Numbered from the stretch's first letter, positions 9,765-19,500 are shown. The stretch is DNA of 58,044 nucleotides from an uncultured Bacteroidota bacterium (GCA_903901345.1 CAIUQQ010000337.1:1-58044), one strand, 5' to 3'. Program-made: numbers and translations. The notes: generated by a model not told the origin, from the letters alone.

Positions 9765-11093
9765 ATGAAAAAGTATTTTTTACTAACAGTGTTTGCTGTG
9801 CAATTGTTATATGTAACTGCACAAAATTGGCTACCTGCCGGTTTGGGCACCAACAATGGTAATAATGGTGGAATTACACTTAAAACCTATAATGGTAAAC
9901 TAATAGCAGGTGGTGCATTTAGTAAGGCTGGAAATGCCGATGCAAATGGAGTGGCCATGTGGGATGGAAATGATTGGAGCATTGTTGATAGTTCAATGAA
10001 TAATTTCTCTGCGGTAAGACCATTAATTGAATTCAAAGGACAACTATATGGATTCATTGATACAAGTGGTAGCAAAAAAGGTTATATGTTAAGACTTGAT
10101 AGTAATTTTAAATGGCATGTTGTTCCAAATTCAACTTATATAAGCAATAGATTTATGAATTATGTTTATGCCGCAGCAGTATATAACAATGAATTATACT
10201 TAACTGGAGGTTTTGACTCAATTGGAAATATTGCTGCCAATCACGTAGCCAAATGGGATGGAACTAATTGGATGCCAGTAGGATTAGGTGTATATCATGA
10301 ATATGGTTCAGCATTGAAAGTCTTTCAAAACGAATTATACATGGGTGGTGCATTTTCAAAAGCAGGAAATGTAACTGTTGATAATCTTGCTAAATGGAAT
10401 GGTAGTGAATGGAGTGATGTTGGAGGCGGCATTAGTCCAAACTATTGGGCATTTCGTACCATGGAAGTATATAAAGATGAACTATATATTGGTGGCGATT
10501 TTGAATTTGCTAATGGAAAGCCAATGAAGCATATTACTAAGTGGAATGGTATTACATTTTCGGATGTTGGTGGTGGACTTGGATTTGCGGGACCACCTAA
10601 TATCTTAAAAGTTTTTGGTAAAAAATTATACATTGGAGGATATTTTGAACCTGGTTTATTCCAAAATCAAGCTGGTACTTGGGACGGTGTAAAATATGAT
10701 AGTTTAGGAACTGGATTAAATGCTGGACCAACAGATTTTGAAATTTATAAAGGTAAATTATATGCAGGTGGTAGATTTGATGGTATTGCAAAAGGCGTTG
10801 CTGTGCTTGATACAATAGATTTTACTACCAATATTTTTAATATTAATTCTTCTGAAAATACAATTTCAATATATCCTAACCCATTCACATTTCAAACAAC
10901 AATTAGTTTCTCTGTAGAACAAAAAAACACATCAATAATTATAACAGACCTACTTGGAAATGAAATTTATTCGGAAATATTTAGTGGCAAACAACTTTTA
11001 ATAAATAAAGCAGATATGAAAGCAGGGATTTACTTTGTACAAACAATAGACAAAAAAAATCACACAACAAATAACAAAATAATAATTCAATAA
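9765..11093 (+). CDS. Secreted beta-propeller-like repeat protein with T9SS C-terminal sorting domain
   Basis: 442 aa with a signal peptide. It has about 6 repeats of the pattern (A/T)KW(D/N)G..W..VG.G (AMWDGNDWSIV, AKWDGTNWMPVGLG, AKWNGSEWSDVGGG, TKWNGITFSDVGGG, GTWDGVKYDSLGTG). The C-terminus is IYPNPFTFQTTISF...GIYFVQT...KIIIQ. Confidence 0.85.
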   Translation: MKKYFLLTVFAVQLLYVTAQNWLPAGLGTNNGNNGGITLKTYNGKLIAGGAFSKAGNADANGVAMWDGNDWSIVDSSMNNFSAVRPLIEFKGQLYGFIDTSGSKKGYMLRLDSNFKWHVVPNSTYISNRFMNYVYAAAVYNNELYLTGGFDSIGNIAANHVAKWDGTNWMPVGLGVYHEYGSALKVFQNELYMGGAFSKAGNVTVDNLAKWNGSEWSDVGGGISPNYWAFRTMEVYKDELYIGGDFEFANGKPMKHITKWNGITFSDVGGGLGFAGPPNILKVFGKKLYIGGYFEPGLFQNQAGTWDGVKYDSLGTGLNAGPTDFEIYKGKLYAGGRFDGIAKGVAVLDTIDFTTNIFNINSSENTISIYPNPFTFQTTISFSVEQKNTSIIITDLLGNEIYSEIFSGKQLLINKADMKAGIYFVQTIDKKNHTTNNKIIIQ

Positions 11094-11153
11094 CTTACAA
11101 ATATTTCAAGCATTTTACTAGTTTTTTCTTTTGAATTAAATGAAAACAAAAAT

Positions 11154-11189
11154 TAAAAAGCCATTCGAATTTCGGATGGCTTTTTTTGT
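11154..11189. terminator. Bidirectional terminator hairpin, exact 36-nt copy of 9558-9593
   Basis: Same sequence, taaaaagccattcgaatttcggatggctttttttgt. It lies between convergent genes ending at 11093 (+) and 11202 (-), with an A-run on one side and a T-run on the other. Confidence 0.7.
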
Positions 11190-11201
11190 ATTTAAGAATA
11201 A

Positions 11202-11687
11202 CTAATAGGTAAGCAGAAAGTGAGTTTGACTACCCACTTTATTCAATGGTTTTAAATTGGGTTTTTGGTAATAAATAAAATAAGGAATCCCAACTGCGTT
11301 TCCTATTATAAAAATAGTAGTAGCGGCTACTTGAGGGGCATCAAATCCAAAACCACTAAAACCTGATAATATTGCACCAATCAAATTTAATTCTGTTAAG
11401 CCTAAAAGCGTATAAGCAACCAAGTTTAAATTTTTGTAATTCCTGCCTATGCTTTGCAATGAATCAAAATGAATAAATCCATTATTGGGAGTTAAAAATC
11501 CTGAATCGGAAACACTTATTATTTTGTCTTTATTGTAAACTGGATTATTATGAAAATTGAACTTTATATTTTGGTTCACTTTAAATTGAACAAAGCGTGC
11601 TTGTTCAGCATTATAAACTTTAAAACCAGTTTGAGCGTTGGAATTCAAACTATTTATCAGTAAAAATAACAACATTAAATATTTCAT
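11202..11687 (-). CDS. Small exported protein, signal peptide plus C-terminal 2-TM region (paralog family member D)
   Basis: 161 aa. Signal peptide MKYLMLLFLLINSLNSNAQ, a beta-rich domain of about 70 aa, then two hydrophobic helices. Its ATG overlaps the upstream stop (ATGA at 11684-11687). Confidence 0.7.
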   Translation of the reverse strand: MKYLMLLFLLINSLNSNAQTGFKVYNAEQARFVQFKVNQNIKFNFHNNPVYNKDKIISVSDSGFLTPNNGFIHFDSLQSIGRNYKNLNLVAYTLLGLTELNLIGAILSGFSGFGFDAPQVAATTIFIIGNAVGIPYFIYYQKPNLKPLNKVGSQTHFLLTY

Positions 11688-12322
11688 TTATTCAATATAG
11701 TTAGATTTATGCCTTTTTGTAATTCTCTTTTGGGAGTAATAATCCATAAGCCGGTTCCCGTTAATTCAATTAAAACAGTTGAATAAATAATTCCACCTCC
11801 TATCATTTTAAACCTATCAGAAACAGTAAAACTATAATCTGTAACCGTTAAAGTGGCACCTACTAATATGCTAATTCCCGTTCCCAAACTATAAAGTATG
11901 GGTTTAACTCTGGTAAATAAATTTCTTGGTGTAAATTTGATGGTATGAATATCAGCTAAAGCAATTTTTTTACCACCTATAAAATACAAAGTATCATTTT
12001 CAGTTTTTTTGATGTAAGCAAAAAAAGTTTTGGCAGAATCCTGAACTGAACTTATCCAAACATGGCGCAAAAATCCAATTTTATAAGTTTGTTCAGAAAC
12101 TGAATTCTTCAAAACAAGTTTTTGTGCAAATGAATGAGTGCTGATACAAAGTAAAATTCCAATGATTAAAAATCTAAAAAAACTCAAAGTGCGGGATACG
12201 TCATTGCTTAGTCTCGCTTTGTGGGATTGATGAATAGCTAATGGCAAATAATTACATTTTGCTAAGAAGATGCTTACAGCAAGACTGATTTTATATTTAG
12301 TATTTAGCTTTATACTCTTCAT
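11684..12322 (-). CDS. Small exported protein, same family (member E); N-terminus uncertain
   Basis: 212-aa ORF from the ATG at 12322. The signal-peptide-like segment (SFFRFLIIGILLCISTHSFAQ) only begins at residue 46, where a TTG at 12185-12187 could be the true start. Residues 1-45 overlap a REP-like sequence (cgtcattgcttagtctcgctttgtggg). Confidence 0.65.
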   Translation of the reverse strand: MKSIKLNTKYKISLAVSIFLAKCNYLPLAIHQSHKARLSNDVSRTLSFFRFLIIGILLCISTHSFAQKLVLKNSVSEQTYKIGFLRHVWISSVQDSAKTFFAYIKKTENDTLYFIGGKKIALADIHTIKFTPRNLFTRVKPILYSLGTGISILVGATLTVTDYSFTVSDRFKMIGGGIIYSTVLIELTGTGLWIITPKRELQKGINLTILNK

Positions 12323-12341
12323 TTAATATTTTTTTTCTATT

Positions 12342-12404
12342 AACTGACAACTAACAACTGACAACTAACAACTGACAACTAACAACTAACAACCGACAAC
12401 TATC
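12342..12404. repeat. Tandem heptanucleotide repeat AACTRAC x9
   Basis: aactgac aactaac aactgac aactaac aactgac aactaac aactaac aaccgac aactatc, read directly. It fills the gap between the stop at 12400 and the ATG at 12322. Confidence 0.9.
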
Positions 12405-13941
12405 TAACTTTTTCAAAGTCATAGCTCAAGTAATCAATAAAATCGGCTACTTTAACGGTAATTCCTTTTACTTGATTGTTATCCATTTTTATTGGTAATA
12501 CTTGAACGCCACAAGTTAAATCGCTGTAGGTACATAAAAACTGATCGTTTCCTAAATACTCCAATTTACCAATATTATTTGGATGGTGACTAAAATGCAA
12601 AGTCATTTTACCTTTTAATAAACGAATTTCTACTTCACCATAAAAACTATTACTATAAGTTCCTACATAGTTTTGCAATTCCATTGTTGGTTTATTTTTC
12701 AGTAAAACTACTTGACTCAAACTGTCTAATTCTTTTTGCTCTGCAATACGTCCATTATTTGTTGGCACAAAATATTTTTCACTTAAATTACGGTAAGGAA
12801 CATTCAAATAAGCTTCTAAAACTTGCTTTACCAAAGCATCATAAAGCGAGTTTGCATCGGTATTGGTGTAAACCAAAACACCCAAGTTTTCTTCTGGAAT
12901 AAATTCAGTTTTAGTAACAAATCCGTTAGCTCCACCGCTATGTTCCCAAACCCTGCGGCCTTCGTAATCGTAACTTTGCCAGCCTAATCCATAATTGCTA
13001 AAATGTTTGGTTTTAAATATTTTTGAATTCACATCATTGCTAATCATATTCGATTTGCGAGTTTCGGCCAATACAGAAAATGGAACTATTCTTTTGCCCT
13101 CAAATCTTCCGCTATCTAACTGAAACAACAACCAATTTGCCATATCTTTTGCACATGAATTGATACTAGCCGAAGGTCCCATATTGTCAATATTTGTATA
13201 AGGTAATTTAGCAATTTTACCATTTACTAAAGTATGAGGAATGCAGGCGTTTTCATCAGTCATCAATTCGTTATAAGTGCTGCTGGTGTGTTTCATTGCC
13301 AACGGCTCAAAAAAGTGATATTTTATAAAATCATCCCAACTGGTATCGGTTACATTTTTTATTAATTCGCCAGCGGTAATAAATGCTGAGTTGCAATAAC
13401 CATATTTGTATCTGAAAGGGTGAACAGGTTTGGTTAAAGCCAAGTGTTCAATGATTTCCTTGCGAGATAAATTACTTCCCCAATTTAAAAAATCGCCTTG
13501 AAAAGTTTGTAAGCCAATGCGGTGACATAGCAAATCGCGAACGGTACACAATGAGGTAGAAGTTTCGTCATACAACTTAAAATCGGGCATGTATTTAGTT
13601 ACTTTTTCATCGAGCAATAATCGTTTTTGACTATTTAATAATGCGATAGAAGTTCCTGTAAATGCTTTGCTATTGGAGGCAATTTGGAACAAAGTATTTT
13701 CATCAACTTTAGCTGATTTTCCATCTTGCTTAACGCCAAAACCTTTACAAACTACCACTTTCCCATCTTTAACAATGGCAATGGCTAAACCAGGAACTTG
13801 CCATCTTTCCATTTCGCGTTTTACATAACTATCGAGCGAGTCTTTTACAAAAGCTGGCTGAGCAAATAAACCAGTATTTATTATTAGTAACAGTAAAAAA
13901 AATAATTTGAAATGGTGTTTGGCAATAGTAATTTTATTCAT
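12400..13941 (-). CDS. Serine hydrolase, class-C beta-lactamase/PBP-like with extra C-terminal domain
   Basis: 513 aa with a signal peptide, the SxxK motif in ASNSKAF and a YxN-like motif (YCNSAF). A beta-rich extension of about 120 aa follows, as in DUF3471-containing esterases. Confidence 0.9.
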   Translation of the reverse strand: MNKITIAKHHFKLFFLLLLIINTGLFAQPAFVKDSLDSYVKREMERWQVPGLAIAIVKDGKVVVCKGFGVKQDGKSAKVDENTLFQIASNSKAFTGTSIALLNSQKRLLLDEKVTKYMPDFKLYDETSTSLCTVRDLLCHRIGLQTFQGDFLNWGSNLSRKEIIEHLALTKPVHPFRYKYGYCNSAFITAGELIKNVTDTSWDDFIKYHFFEPLAMKHTSSTYNELMTDENACIPHTLVNGKIAKLPYTNIDNMGPSASINSCAKDMANWLLFQLDSGRFEGKRIVPFSVLAETRKSNMISNDVNSKIFKTKHFSNYGLGWQSYDYEGRRVWEHSGGANGFVTKTEFIPEENLGVLVYTNTDANSLYDALVKQVLEAYLNVPYRNLSEKYFVPTNNGRIAEQKELDSLSQVVLLKNKPTMELQNYVGTYSNSFYGEVEIRLLKGKMTLHFSHHPNNIGKLEYLGNDQFLCTYSDLTCGVQVLPIKMDNNQVKGITVKVADFIDYLSYDFEKVR

Positions 13942-14042
13942 GTAAGTTATGTTATTATATTTTCTAAAATCGAGTTTGTAAATATAATAAAATTGCAGTT
14001 CAAATTTTAAGTATTGAAAACTAAATGGTAATGATTCAAAAG

Positions 14043-14078
14043 AAAAAACCTTGTTGGAAATTCACCAACAAGGTTTTA
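14043..14078 (-). terminator. Rho-independent terminator (aaccttgttgg/ccaacaaggtt)
   Basis: An 11-bp stem. On the minus strand it is followed by a T-run, about 30 nt downstream of the stop at 14106. Confidence 0.6.
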
Positions 14079-14105
14079 ATTAGAAACTTTTGAAATAATT
14101 AAACG

Positions 14106-14489
14106 CTATAACCATTTAGATAAAAAACTCAATAAATCTTTTCTAAGTTCAGCAAATAATTCTTCAAAACGAATCATTTTTTTGCGTTCTTCGCTATGAT
14201 CAGCCATTTTTCTGTGATTACTTGCAATTGGATTATTAATTACCGATTCTTCAATATTATTGACATGCTGTTTAATATCGTGATTCAATATATCAATTTG
14301 ATCTTTTTGTATTTTAAACTGATTTTCAAATCTTTCAACAAAAACCAGTACTTCTTGATTACTATTTTTTGATGCAATTTCATCCAAACGACTTTGCATA
14401 ATTTTCAAATCATCATTATAAAAAAGTAGTTTATTTAACCATTCTTTATGTTCTACATGTAGCTCTGCTATTGGTTTTTGAGTATTCAT
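14106..14489 (-). CDS. Hypothetical coiled-coil protein
   Basis: The track ORF starts at a TTG (14531). The ATG at 14487-14489 (MNTQKPIAELHVEHKEWL...) is more likely. No motif recognised. Confidence 0.7.
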   Translation of the reverse strand: MNTQKPIAELHVEHKEWLNKLLFYNDDLKIMQSRLDEIASKNSNQEVLVFVERFENQFKIQKDQIDILNHDIKQHVNNIEESVINNPIASNHRKMADHSEERKKMIRFEELFAELRKDLLSFLSKWL

Positions 14490-14615
14490 AATTTTTTTGT
14501 TTTTATAGTACAAAATAAAAGTATTAATCAAACTAAAATAATGACCAACTTCATGCTATTAATTGATTAGAAAATCATTTTCAGAAAAATTTTTAAAAAT
14601 TAAAATATTATTTTG

Positions 14616-15476
14616 CTAATGAATCAAAATCTCACGCCTTCTAATCATTCTATCGTCTATATAAACTTTCAAATAATATTTTCCAGGTTCAAAATTATCA
14701 TTTGTAATATCAATATGTTTAACATTGGTACCAATTGGCAAAACTTCATTTTTTAAACATTCTTGAACCACATTATTGTTTTTATCGCATAACACAATTC
14801 GTAAAGTTCTTGGTTCTGAAACATCAAATGTTAGGGTTGAAGAGAATATTTTTTGACGAACAAATTCTTCAGGTTTCCTAGTTTCAGTTCCTGTGAATTT
14901 GGCTAATAATTTATCGTAATTCCAGTTTTTAGCTTTGGCAACAAAAGCTAACATTTCCCTATCTTTTTCATTGTAAATATTAAACGAAGGTTCCGAATTA
15001 TCAGTAAAAACCCACATGGCATTTTGAACATTATCGTTTTTAAAATATTCTTTATCATCTACCCAAACTGCAAATTGTTTTGGTTGCCCAATGGCAAAAT
15101 TCCCTACTTTAAACACTAAATCTTTACTTGGGCAATTGTCGTGTTTTTGTGCGCAAAGTGCATTCAAATTTTTACTTAAAGATTGATTGGGTTTTAGTTC
15201 ATAAATTTCGTGTTTTACTAAAATTAAATTCTGAACATTTGAATCGCTAGGAATAAACATGCGGCCAGCTTCTAAATCAATGTTTAATTTTCTGTTTTTT
15301 AAATTCGTAATTTTCAAATTCAAACATGCAGCTCCAAGTCCGCTATTTGATTTTACTTTAACAGTGATGAGTTTGTTTTTGATTGCTTCAGCAATAGAAA
15401 TACTGCTCGCAATACTTAATTTTACTAAAGCTGCCATCTCAAAGATGATGAAGCTAATGATGATAATTTTTTTCAT
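14616..15476 (-). CDS. Hypothetical exported protein
   Basis: 286 aa with a hydrophobic N-terminus (MKKIIIISFIIFEMAALV). No enzymatic motif recognised. The C-terminal 90 aa are beta-rich (GKYYLKVYIDD..). Confidence 0.75.
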   Translation of the reverse strand: MKKIIIISFIIFEMAALVKLSIASSISIAEAIKNKLITVKVKSNSGLGAACLNLKITNLKNRKLNIDLEAGRMFIPSDSNVQNLILVKHEIYELKPNQSLSKNLNALCAQKHDNCPSKDLVFKVGNFAIGQPKQFAVWVDDKEYFKNDNVQNAMWVFTDNSEPSFNIYNEKDREMLAFVAKAKNWNYDKLLAKFTGTETRKPEEFVRQKIFSSTLTFDVSEPRTLRIVLCDKNNNVVQECLKNEVLPIGTNVKHIDITNDNFEPGKYYLKVYIDDRMIRRREILIH

Positions 15477-15561
15477 AATATAAATTTTTTAATTGTTCAT
15501 AAAACGAATTGTCATAAAAATTATTACATTTTTTATTTTTATATTCGCTTCAAATAATATT

Positions 15562-17406
15562 ATGAAAAAGCTACTTTTTATATTTTCTCTTTTTATTGCT
15601 TTGCAAAGCAATGCGCAAAATTACAAACCTTTAGAAAGAGTTGACCCACCTTTTTGGTGGAATAATTTAAATAATAAAGAACTTCAATTAATGCTTTTTG
15701 GCAAAAACATTGCGGCAAGCACTATAAAAATAAATACCCTTGGGGTAAAACTTTTACGAGTTGAAAAGGTAGAAAATACGGACTATTTATTTGCTTATGT
15801 AAGCCTTCAAAATTTTAATGGAAATAGTTTTGTTTTTCAATTTAGTAAAGGAACAGAAAACTTTAAATACACTTATAAATTAGAAAAACTGACCAAAGAT
15901 ATTGATAACATAACCCAAGCTGATTTTATATACATGGCCATGCCCGATAGGTTTGCAAATGGCGATACCGCCAACGATGTAATAAAAGGTTTGCGTGAAA
16001 GTGTGTGTGACAGATATGATTTGAATGGCCGACACGGTGGCGATTTAAAAGGCGTCATAGATCATTTGGATTATTTAAAAGATTTAGGAATTACCACACT
16101 TTGGTTGAATCCAACTTTAATTAACGACCAACCAAAATACAGTTATCATGGTTATGCATTAACGGATCATTATTTAACTGATCCAAGGTTTGGAACCAAC
16201 AATGATTATAAAAAATTAGGTGCAGAACTTAAAAAACGTAGCATGAAATTGGTGATGGATTTAGTGCCAAATCATATTGGCGATAGGCATTGGATGTTAT
16301 TAAATATGCCTGAAAAAAACTTGGTTAATCAATGGCCAGAATTTACAAGAACCAATTACAGAGCTCCTGTTCATTACGATCCTTATGCCAGCAAAGCAGA
16401 AACAAAATTAATGACCAATGGTTGGTTCGATAATCAAATGCCAGATGTAAATGAAACCAATTCAAGAATAGCTACTTACTTAATGCAAAGTTATTTATGG
16501 TGGATAAACTATGCAGGAATAGATGGTTTTAGAATAGATACTTACAGTTATAACGATGTTGAATTTATGAATAAATGCATGGGTTATATCAAAAAAGAAT
16601 ATCCTAATTTTTGGAGTAGTGGCGAAATTTGGGAACGTGGCGTTTTGAGCAATGCCTATTTTGTAAACAAAAGTAATTTTGCCAAAGCACCTCAAAGTAA
16701 CTTAACCAGTGCCATTGATTTTAACTTGCATTGGGCCATTAATGAAGCATTATTAGACACCTCGGAATGGGACAAAGGTTTGGCTAAAATATATCAAACT
16801 TTAACACAAGATGGTTTGTATAATGATGCCAGCAAAAATTTAATATTTTTAGATAATCACGATTTGAATCGTTTTTATTCCATCATGAAAAACGACATGA
16901 AGAAATTTAAAATGGGAATTGGTCTTTTGTTAACACTTCGTGGTGTTCCAAGCATATATTATGGAACCGAAATTATAGTTAAAAATCCACAATTACCACG
17001 CAAAAGCGATGGAGAAGTTCGCATGGATTTTGTGGGTGCATGGCCAACTGACAAAACGAATAAATTTATTGTTGAAGGCAGAACGGAGGAAGAAAATGAA
17101 GCTTTTAATTATGTAAAAAAAATAGCCAATTGGCGTAAAAATAATGAAGCAATCACCAATGGAAAAACCACCCATTTTGCAGTAGATAATGGTGTTTATA
17201 CTTACTTTAGATACACCGATAAAAAGGCAGTGATGGTTATTATAAACAGGAATGCAAAATCACAAACTGTTCAGTTTAAAAAGTATGATGAAATACTTCA
17301 TCAATTTACCAAAGCTAAAAACATATTGACCGAAAACACTTTGAATTTATCGGATAAAAATATGCAAATAGAAACTGATAGCATTTTGATTTTAGAGTTG
17401 GAATAA
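15562..17406 (+). CDS. GH13 alpha-amylase family enzyme (cyclomaltodextrinase/neopullulanase-like) with signal peptide
   Basis: The GH13 conserved regions are visible: DLVPNH (I), GFRIDT (II), GEIWE (III), FLDNHD (IV), plus DRFANGD and GGDLKG. I prefer the ATG at 15562 (MKKLLFIFSLFIALQSNAQ) over the track start at 15493. Confidence 0.9.
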   Translation: MKKLLFIFSLFIALQSNAQNYKPLERVDPPFWWNNLNNKELQLMLFGKNIAASTIKINTLGVKLLRVEKVENTDYLFAYVSLQNFNGNSFVFQFSKGTENFKYTYKLEKLTKDIDNITQADFIYMAMPDRFANGDTANDVIKGLRESVCDRYDLNGRHGGDLKGVIDHLDYLKDLGITTLWLNPTLINDQPKYSYHGYALTDHYLTDPRFGTNNDYKKLGAELKKRSMKLVMDLVPNHIGDRHWMLLNMPEKNLVNQWPEFTRTNYRAPVHYDPYASKAETKLMTNGWFDNQMPDVNETNSRIATYLMQSYLWWINYAGIDGFRIDTYSYNDVEFMNKCMGYIKKEYPNFWSSGEIWERGVLSNAYFVNKSNFAKAPQSNLTSAIDFNLHWAINEALLDTSEWDKGLAKIYQTLTQDGLYNDASKNLIFLDNHDLNRFYSIMKNDMKKFKMGIGLLLTLRGVPSIYYGTEIIVKNPQLPRKSDGEVRMDFVGAWPTDKTNKFIVEGRTEEENEAFNYVKKIANWRKNNEAITNGKTTHFAVDNGVYTYFRYTDKKAVMVIINRNAKSQTVQFKKYDEILHQFTKAKNILTENTLNLSDKNMQIETDSILILELE

Positions 17407-17410
17407 TGAA

Positions 17411-17521
17411 AGGAAATTCGAAAAACCAAATTCGAAATTCGAAAGTAAAAAATATCGAATAAAGAATAAGGAATTTTGAATGTTGAAGGAAATTCGAAAA
17501 TATAAATTCGAAATTCGAAAA
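17411..17521. repeat. Two direct copies of a 35-nt ATTCGAA-rich unit
   Basis: aggaaattcgaaaaaccaaattcgaaattcgaaag (17411-17445) and aggaaattcgaaaatataaattcgaaattcgaaaa (17487-17521). A related attcggaattcgaaa string occurs at about 3395-3415. Confidence 0.7.
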
Positions 17522-17553
17522 AATCTATAAAAAAACAAAAACCATATAAACAA

Positions 17554-18156
17554 TTGAAAAAAAAACGAGATAAAATATTACTTGCTTTAAGTATTGTAAT
17601 TTCTATTACATTATTGCTTTGTTTATTCTCTTATTTTTTTATTATAGGAGCAAATAAACCTCATTGTAATTTAACATTTGCTGATTATATTTATAGAGGT
17701 AAAATTAAATATACTGACCCAGGAAATTCATATTTGATTTATTTAAAACGATTAGACTATTCCATATATAAAACAGAAAATCATTTAGAAGATTTAAATG
17801 AATATGTTTCATTGAATGAAATTTATAAAAATACGACTAAAGGAATTTTGAAAAACGTTTATAACGATACATTAAAAAATAAAGACAGTTTAGAAGTAAC
17901 AAGTTTTATTAAACTTACTCTCCGTGATGATTTCATAAAAGACTCTATTTTAAACAATAAATACGAAACCTTTGGAACTGCTCAGTTATTAACCGATAAC
18001 AAATTTAAAACTGTAAAACACTTAGAAAAAGTTACTGCTGTTCTTTTCAAAAACGGACAATTTTATAGATACAAAGTATTAGCTGTTACTCCAAAAATGA
18101 TAACAGATAGTGCTGGAATTGTTATCGTAAATTTTGGAGATATAGATTTTGAATAG
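17554..18156 (+). CDS. Hypothetical N-terminally anchored protein
   Basis: 200 aa with a TTG start followed by an A9 run, then one TM helix (ILLALSIVISITLLLCLFSYFFIIG). No recognised domain. Confidence 0.6.
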   Translation: MKKKRDKILLALSIVISITLLLCLFSYFFIIGANKPHCNLTFADYIYRGKIKYTDPGNSYLIYLKRLDYSIYKTENHLEDLNEYVSLNEIYKNTTKGILKNVYNDTLKNKDSLEVTSFIKLTLRDDFIKDSILNNKYETFGTAQLLTDNKFKTVKHLEKVTAVLFKNGQFYRYKVLAVTPKMITDSAGIVIVNFGDIDFE

Positions 18157-18192
18157 TTAGGTTAGTTTTCCAAAACAAAATAGATTAACTTC

Positions 18193-19425
18193 CTACTTTC
18201 TAAACAAAATTGAACTATCGCCATAGCTTAAAAACCGAAAGTTATTGTTCAAAGCAAAATAATAAACATCGCTCCAATCTTCACCAATAAATGCTGAAAC
18301 AAGAAGTAATAACGTACTTTCTGGCTGATGAAAATTTGTAATTAAAGCATCTACAAATTTAAATTGATAAGGTGGAGCAATCATAATTTGAGTGGAACCA
18401 TGAATTTGATTTATTTTTTTCAAATCCATCCACTCCAAAATTGCTTTTAAAACTTGCAATGCACTCAAATTATTGTTTTCAGTTTCATAAGGCTGCCACT
18501 GACTTACTTGCATTTCATTTATATTCTTCCAGTCTTTTTTATTAGCAATTAAGAAAACACCAAACCAATAAAGACTTTCAATTGTTCTAAGCGAAGTAGT
18601 TCCAACGGTAATAATTCTATTCTTTTTCTCCACGCAATTGCAAATATTTTGCACCAATATTTTGTCAATAATTACATGTTCCTCATGCATTTCATGGCCA
18701 CTCATATTTTCGGCTTTAACTGGTTTAAAGGTTCCAGCGCCAACATGAAGTGTAACAAATTCAGTGGTAATTTTTTTGTGATGCAATTTTTCAAAAACTT
18801 GTTTTGTAAAATGTAATCCTGCTGTTGGTGCGGCTACCGAACCTTCAAATTCAGCATAAACAGTTTGATACCTAACTTCATCATCATCAGTAGCATCACG
18901 GTTCATATAAGGTGGCAATGGCAATAAGCCAGCATGATAAATTATGTCAGCAAATGCAAAACCTCCATTCCATTTAAATTGAATAATATAAGAATCCAAA
19001 TGCTGTTTTATTCGCTCTGCAATCAATGAAATTTCAGTTCCATTTATTGTAAAGTTCTTCGTTAAAATCCCTTCTTTCCATTTTTTATTATTTCCCACCA
19101 AAGCTACCCATTGGCAAGTTTCAGTTTCCTTAAAACATACTGCTGCATCATTAGGAATACTTGGTTCTAAACACATGATTTCAATTCTAGCACCACTTTC
19201 TTTTTGGAATAAAATTCGGGCATGAACTACTTTAGTGTTATTAAATATTAAGCAATCATTTTCATTTAAAATAGCTGGCAATTTATTAAAAACAGATGCT
19301 GTTATTTCACCATTTTTATAAACTAACAATTTGCTTTTATCTCTTTCTTTTAAAGGATGCTGTGCAATTTTTTCATCGGGTAAATGGTAGGTAAAATCTG
19401 CTATTTTAAGTTCTTGTACTTGCAT
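18193..19425 (-). CDS. queA: S-adenosylmethionine:tRNA ribosyltransferase-isomerase
   Basis: The N-terminus IADFTYHLPDEKIAQHPLKERDKSKLLVY matches the QueA signature. PPYMNR, AAPTAGLHFT, GAGTF and VGTTSLRT are also present. At 410 aa it is about 60 aa longer than typical QueA. Confidence 0.9.
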   Translation of the reverse strand: MQVQELKIADFTYHLPDEKIAQHPLKERDKSKLLVYKNGEITASVFNKLPAILNENDCLIFNNTKVVHARILFQKESGARIEIMCLEPSIPNDAAVCFKETETCQWVALVGNNKKWKEGILTKNFTINGTEISLIAERIKQHLDSYIIQFKWNGGFAFADIIYHAGLLPLPPYMNRDATDDDEVRYQTVYAEFEGSVAAPTAGLHFTKQVFEKLHHKKITTEFVTLHVGAGTFKPVKAENMSGHEMHEEHVIIDKILVQNICNCVEKKNRIITVGTTSLRTIESLYWFGVFLIANKKDWKNINEMQVSQWQPYETENNNLSALQVLKAILEWMDLKKINQIHGSTQIMIAPPYQFKFVDALITNFHQPESTLLLLVSAFIGEDWSDVYYFALNNNFRFLSYGDSSILFRK

Positions 19426-19444
19426 ATTATGTTATATTCTAAAA

Positions 19445-19474
19445 TAAAAAAAGCAGTGTAATGATTCACTGCTT
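19445..19474 (-). terminator. Rho-independent terminator downstream of ssb
   Basis: Stem agcagtg/cactgct, with a minus-strand T-run (plus-strand aaaataaaaaaa). Confidence 0.65.
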
Positions 19475-19500
19475 TTGATTTTCAAAGGTATGTTAATTTT

